A stretch of DNA of 64,000 nt from Chiloscyllium plagiosum (taxonomy: Eukaryota). Below, piece after piece: positions 61,637-64,000 of the stretch (its first letter is position 1; each line of letters opens with the position of its first letter). The position numbers and the translations under genes were made by a program. The stretch lies in NCBI RefSeq assembly GCF_004010195.1, contig NC_057719.1:5265029-5329028 (forward strand), given 5' to 3'. Under the pieces are notes generated by a model. The model ran no database searches. It saw nothing but the letters and a program-made list of their open reading frames with translations, and had not been told where the DNA came from.

Positions 61637-63044
61637 GACCTGATCAGGTGTACCTGAGAACTCTGTGGGAAGCTAGAGAAGTGATTGCTAGGCCTCTTGC
61701 TGAAATATTTGTACATCGATAGTCACAGGTGAGGTGCCAGAAGACTGGAGGTTGGCAAATGTGGTGCCACTGTTTAAGAAGGGTGGTAAAGACAAGCCAG
61801 GGAACTATAGACCAGTGAACCTGACCTCGGTGGTGGGACAAGTTGTTGGAGGGAATCCTGCGGGACAGGACGTACATGTATTTGGAAAGGCAAAGACTGA
61901 TTCGGGATAGTCAACATGGCTTTGTGCGTGGGAAATCATGTTTCACAAACTTGATTGAGTTNNNNNNNNNNNNNNNNNNNNNNNNNNNNNNNNNNNNNNN
62001 NNNNNNNNNNNNNNNNNNNNNNNNNNNNNNNNNNNNNNNNNNNNNNNNNNNNNNNNNNNNNNNNNNNNNNNNNNNNNNNNNNNNNNNNNNNNNNNNNNNN
62101 NNNNNNNNNNNNNNNNNNNNNNNNNNNNNNNNNNNNNNNNNNNNNNNNNNNNNNNNNNNNNNNNNNNNNNNNNNNNNNNNNNNNNNNNNNNNNNNNNNNN
62201 NNNNNNNNNNNNNNNNNNNNNNNNNNNNNNNNNNNNNNNNNNNNNNNNNNNNNNNNNNNNNNNNNNNNNNNNNNNNNNNNNNNNNNNNNNNNNNNNNNNN
62301 NNNNNNNNNNNNNNNNNNNNNNNNNNNNNNNNNNNNNNNNNNNNNNNNNNNNNNNNNNNNNNNNNNNNNNNNNNNNNNNNNNNNNNNNNNNNNNNNNNNN
62401 NNNNNNNNNNNNNNNNNNNNNNNNNNNNNNNNNNNNNNNNNNNNNNNNNNNNNNNNNNNNNNNNNNNNNNNNNNNNNNNNNNNNNNNNNNNNNNNNNNNN
62501 NNNNNNNNNNNNNNNNNNNNNNNNNNNNNNNNNNNNNNNNNNNNNNNNNNNNNNNNNNNNNNNNNNNNNNNNNNNNNNNNNNNNNNNNNNNNNNNNNNNN
62601 NNNNNNNNNNNNNNNNNNNNNNNNNNNNNNNNNNNNNNNNNNNNNNNNNNNNNNNNNNNNNNNNNNNNNNNNNNNNNNNNNNNNNNNNNNNNNNNNNNNN
62701 NNNNNNNNNNNNNNNNNNNNNNNNNNNNNNNNNNNNNNNNNNNNNNNNNNNNNNNNNNNNNNNNNNNNNNNNNNNNNNNNNNNNNNNNNNNNNNNNNNNN
62801 NNNNNNNNNNNNNNNNNNNNNNNNNNNNNNNNNNNNNNNNNNNNNNNNNNNNNNNNNNNNNNNNNNNNNNNNNNNNNNNNNNNNNNNNNNNNNNNNNNNG
62901 CAACATTTAAGAGGCATTTGGATGGGTATATGAATAGGAAGGGTTTGGGTGCTGGCAGGTGGGACTAGATTGGGTTTGGATATCTGGTCAGCATGGACGG
63001 GTTGATCCGAAGGGTCTGTTTCCATGCTGTATATCTCTATGACT
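61637..63044 (+). mobile_element. CR1/HER1-type LINE spanning the assembly gap
   Basis: DWRLANVVPLFKKG..QHGFVRGKSC before the gap and a CR1 3' UTR after it; TGTAG direct repeats at both ends. Confidence 0.88.
61962..62899. other. Assembly gap (N run)
   Basis: 938 consecutive N. Confidence 1.
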
Positions 63045-63609
63045 GTAGTGTTTGTTACAGTCCTTGCACGGTATTTTGTAAATGACGTTAGTTTTGCTCA
63101 TTGTCTGTATAGGGTCTTTCAAGTTCATTAGCTGCTGTTTTAGTGTGTTGGTTGGTTTGTGGGCTATAACATATAACCCAAACATATATATAGAATTTTC
63201 AGCATTGCTTCGCATGAGGTCCACTGAAAATGTTACCCAGTAAGGTAACGAAATGTCTGGAAATGAACCTTTCAGCTCAGCGAGCAAACCTACATCTTAC
63301 CAATAGATTGTCCAATTGATTAATGGATATGACTCTGTTTGCATGGTGGAGCAGGCTTGACAAGTTGAATAGATTACTGTTTTTATTTTTGATTACTGAA
63401 CAAGAGGGAATGGTGAATGAGATCATAATGCTTGTCACCTTCTTTGTGAACTCTTGAACTTGTAAATTAAGTCATCTTGCATTCAGTATTTTCCATTTCT
63501 TTCCTGAAAGGACACATTTGTATTTTTGTAGTACCTTTAAGATTTCAAGATATTCCCAGTTACAGCCAAAGATATAAAGATGAAAATGCACAGATTGCAA
63601 TGTCCATAA

Positions 63610-64000
63610 GATGTAGGAATAGAAATAGACCATTCAGCCATCAAGTCTGCTCCGCCAATCAATGAGATTGTGGCTGATCTGATAATCCTCACCTCCACTT
63701 TCCTGTCTTAACCCCATAATACTCATTTCCTTACTGATTAAAAACTTGCCCCTCAAGCGTTCTTAACAATCCAGTCTTGACAGGCTTCTGAGGTAAATAA
63801 TTCCACAGATTCACTATCCACTGATTGAAGAAGTTTCTCCTCAGCCCTGTCTTAAATGTTTGATCCTTTACTCTAAGCTTATGCCCACTGGTCTTAGACA
63901 TTCCCACAAGGGGAAACAACCTTTCCACGTCTACTCTGTCAAGTCCCCGAAGAACCTGGTATGTTTGATAAGATCACCCCTCACTCTTCTAAATTCCAAC
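63610..64000 (-). mobile_element. CR1-type LINE 3' fragment
   Basis: RRNFFNQWIVNLWNYLP C-terminal motif. Confidence 0.8.

Larger units (their letters stand above)
61150..63297. mobile_element. Fold-back Penelope element (61150-61636 and 63045-63297) with a nested CR1
   Basis: YIGQTSRKLAIRIHEH and NVIYKIPCKDCNKHY on the minus strand flank the CR1; 63185-63297 is inverted relative to 61185-61305. Confidence 0.85.

Noticed and set aside
61843..63025. Long ORFs of 330-360 aa
   Set aside because: They are artefacts of the N gap.

Overview
Repeat-dense vertebrate genomic DNA, almost certainly from a shark: it carries HE1-type tRNA-derived SINEs, CR1/HER1-type LINEs, Penelope-like elements and Gmr1-type Gypsy LTR elements. 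The only host genes I can support are two same-strand paralogs of a GPR68/OGR1-like proton-sensing class A GPCR, each with a single coding exon. The copy at 59619-60599 is intact (326 aa). The copy at 18493-19440 has an open 315-codon frame, but its start ATG reads ATC. The locus is an old tandem segmental duplication with three units: A ~3.1-19.4 kb, B ~39.9-53.3 kb and C ~53.8-60.6 kb. Each unit carries a ~0.8-1.1 kb promoter/first-exon-like block (8251-9068, 41741-42845, 56323-57420) that is nearly identical across copies although the flanks are clearly diverged. Unit B has the block but no coding exon. The TM2-TM5 part of the two CDSs is similarly homogenised, while ICL3 and the C-tails differ, which suggests gene conversion. 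The rest is nested transposon debris: three SCAN-like, integrase-before-RT Gypsy elements, fold-back Penelope elements with minimal hammerhead ribozyme motifs, and a 938-N gap. Repeat boundaries were read by eye and are approximate; identity statements are by-eye estimates.
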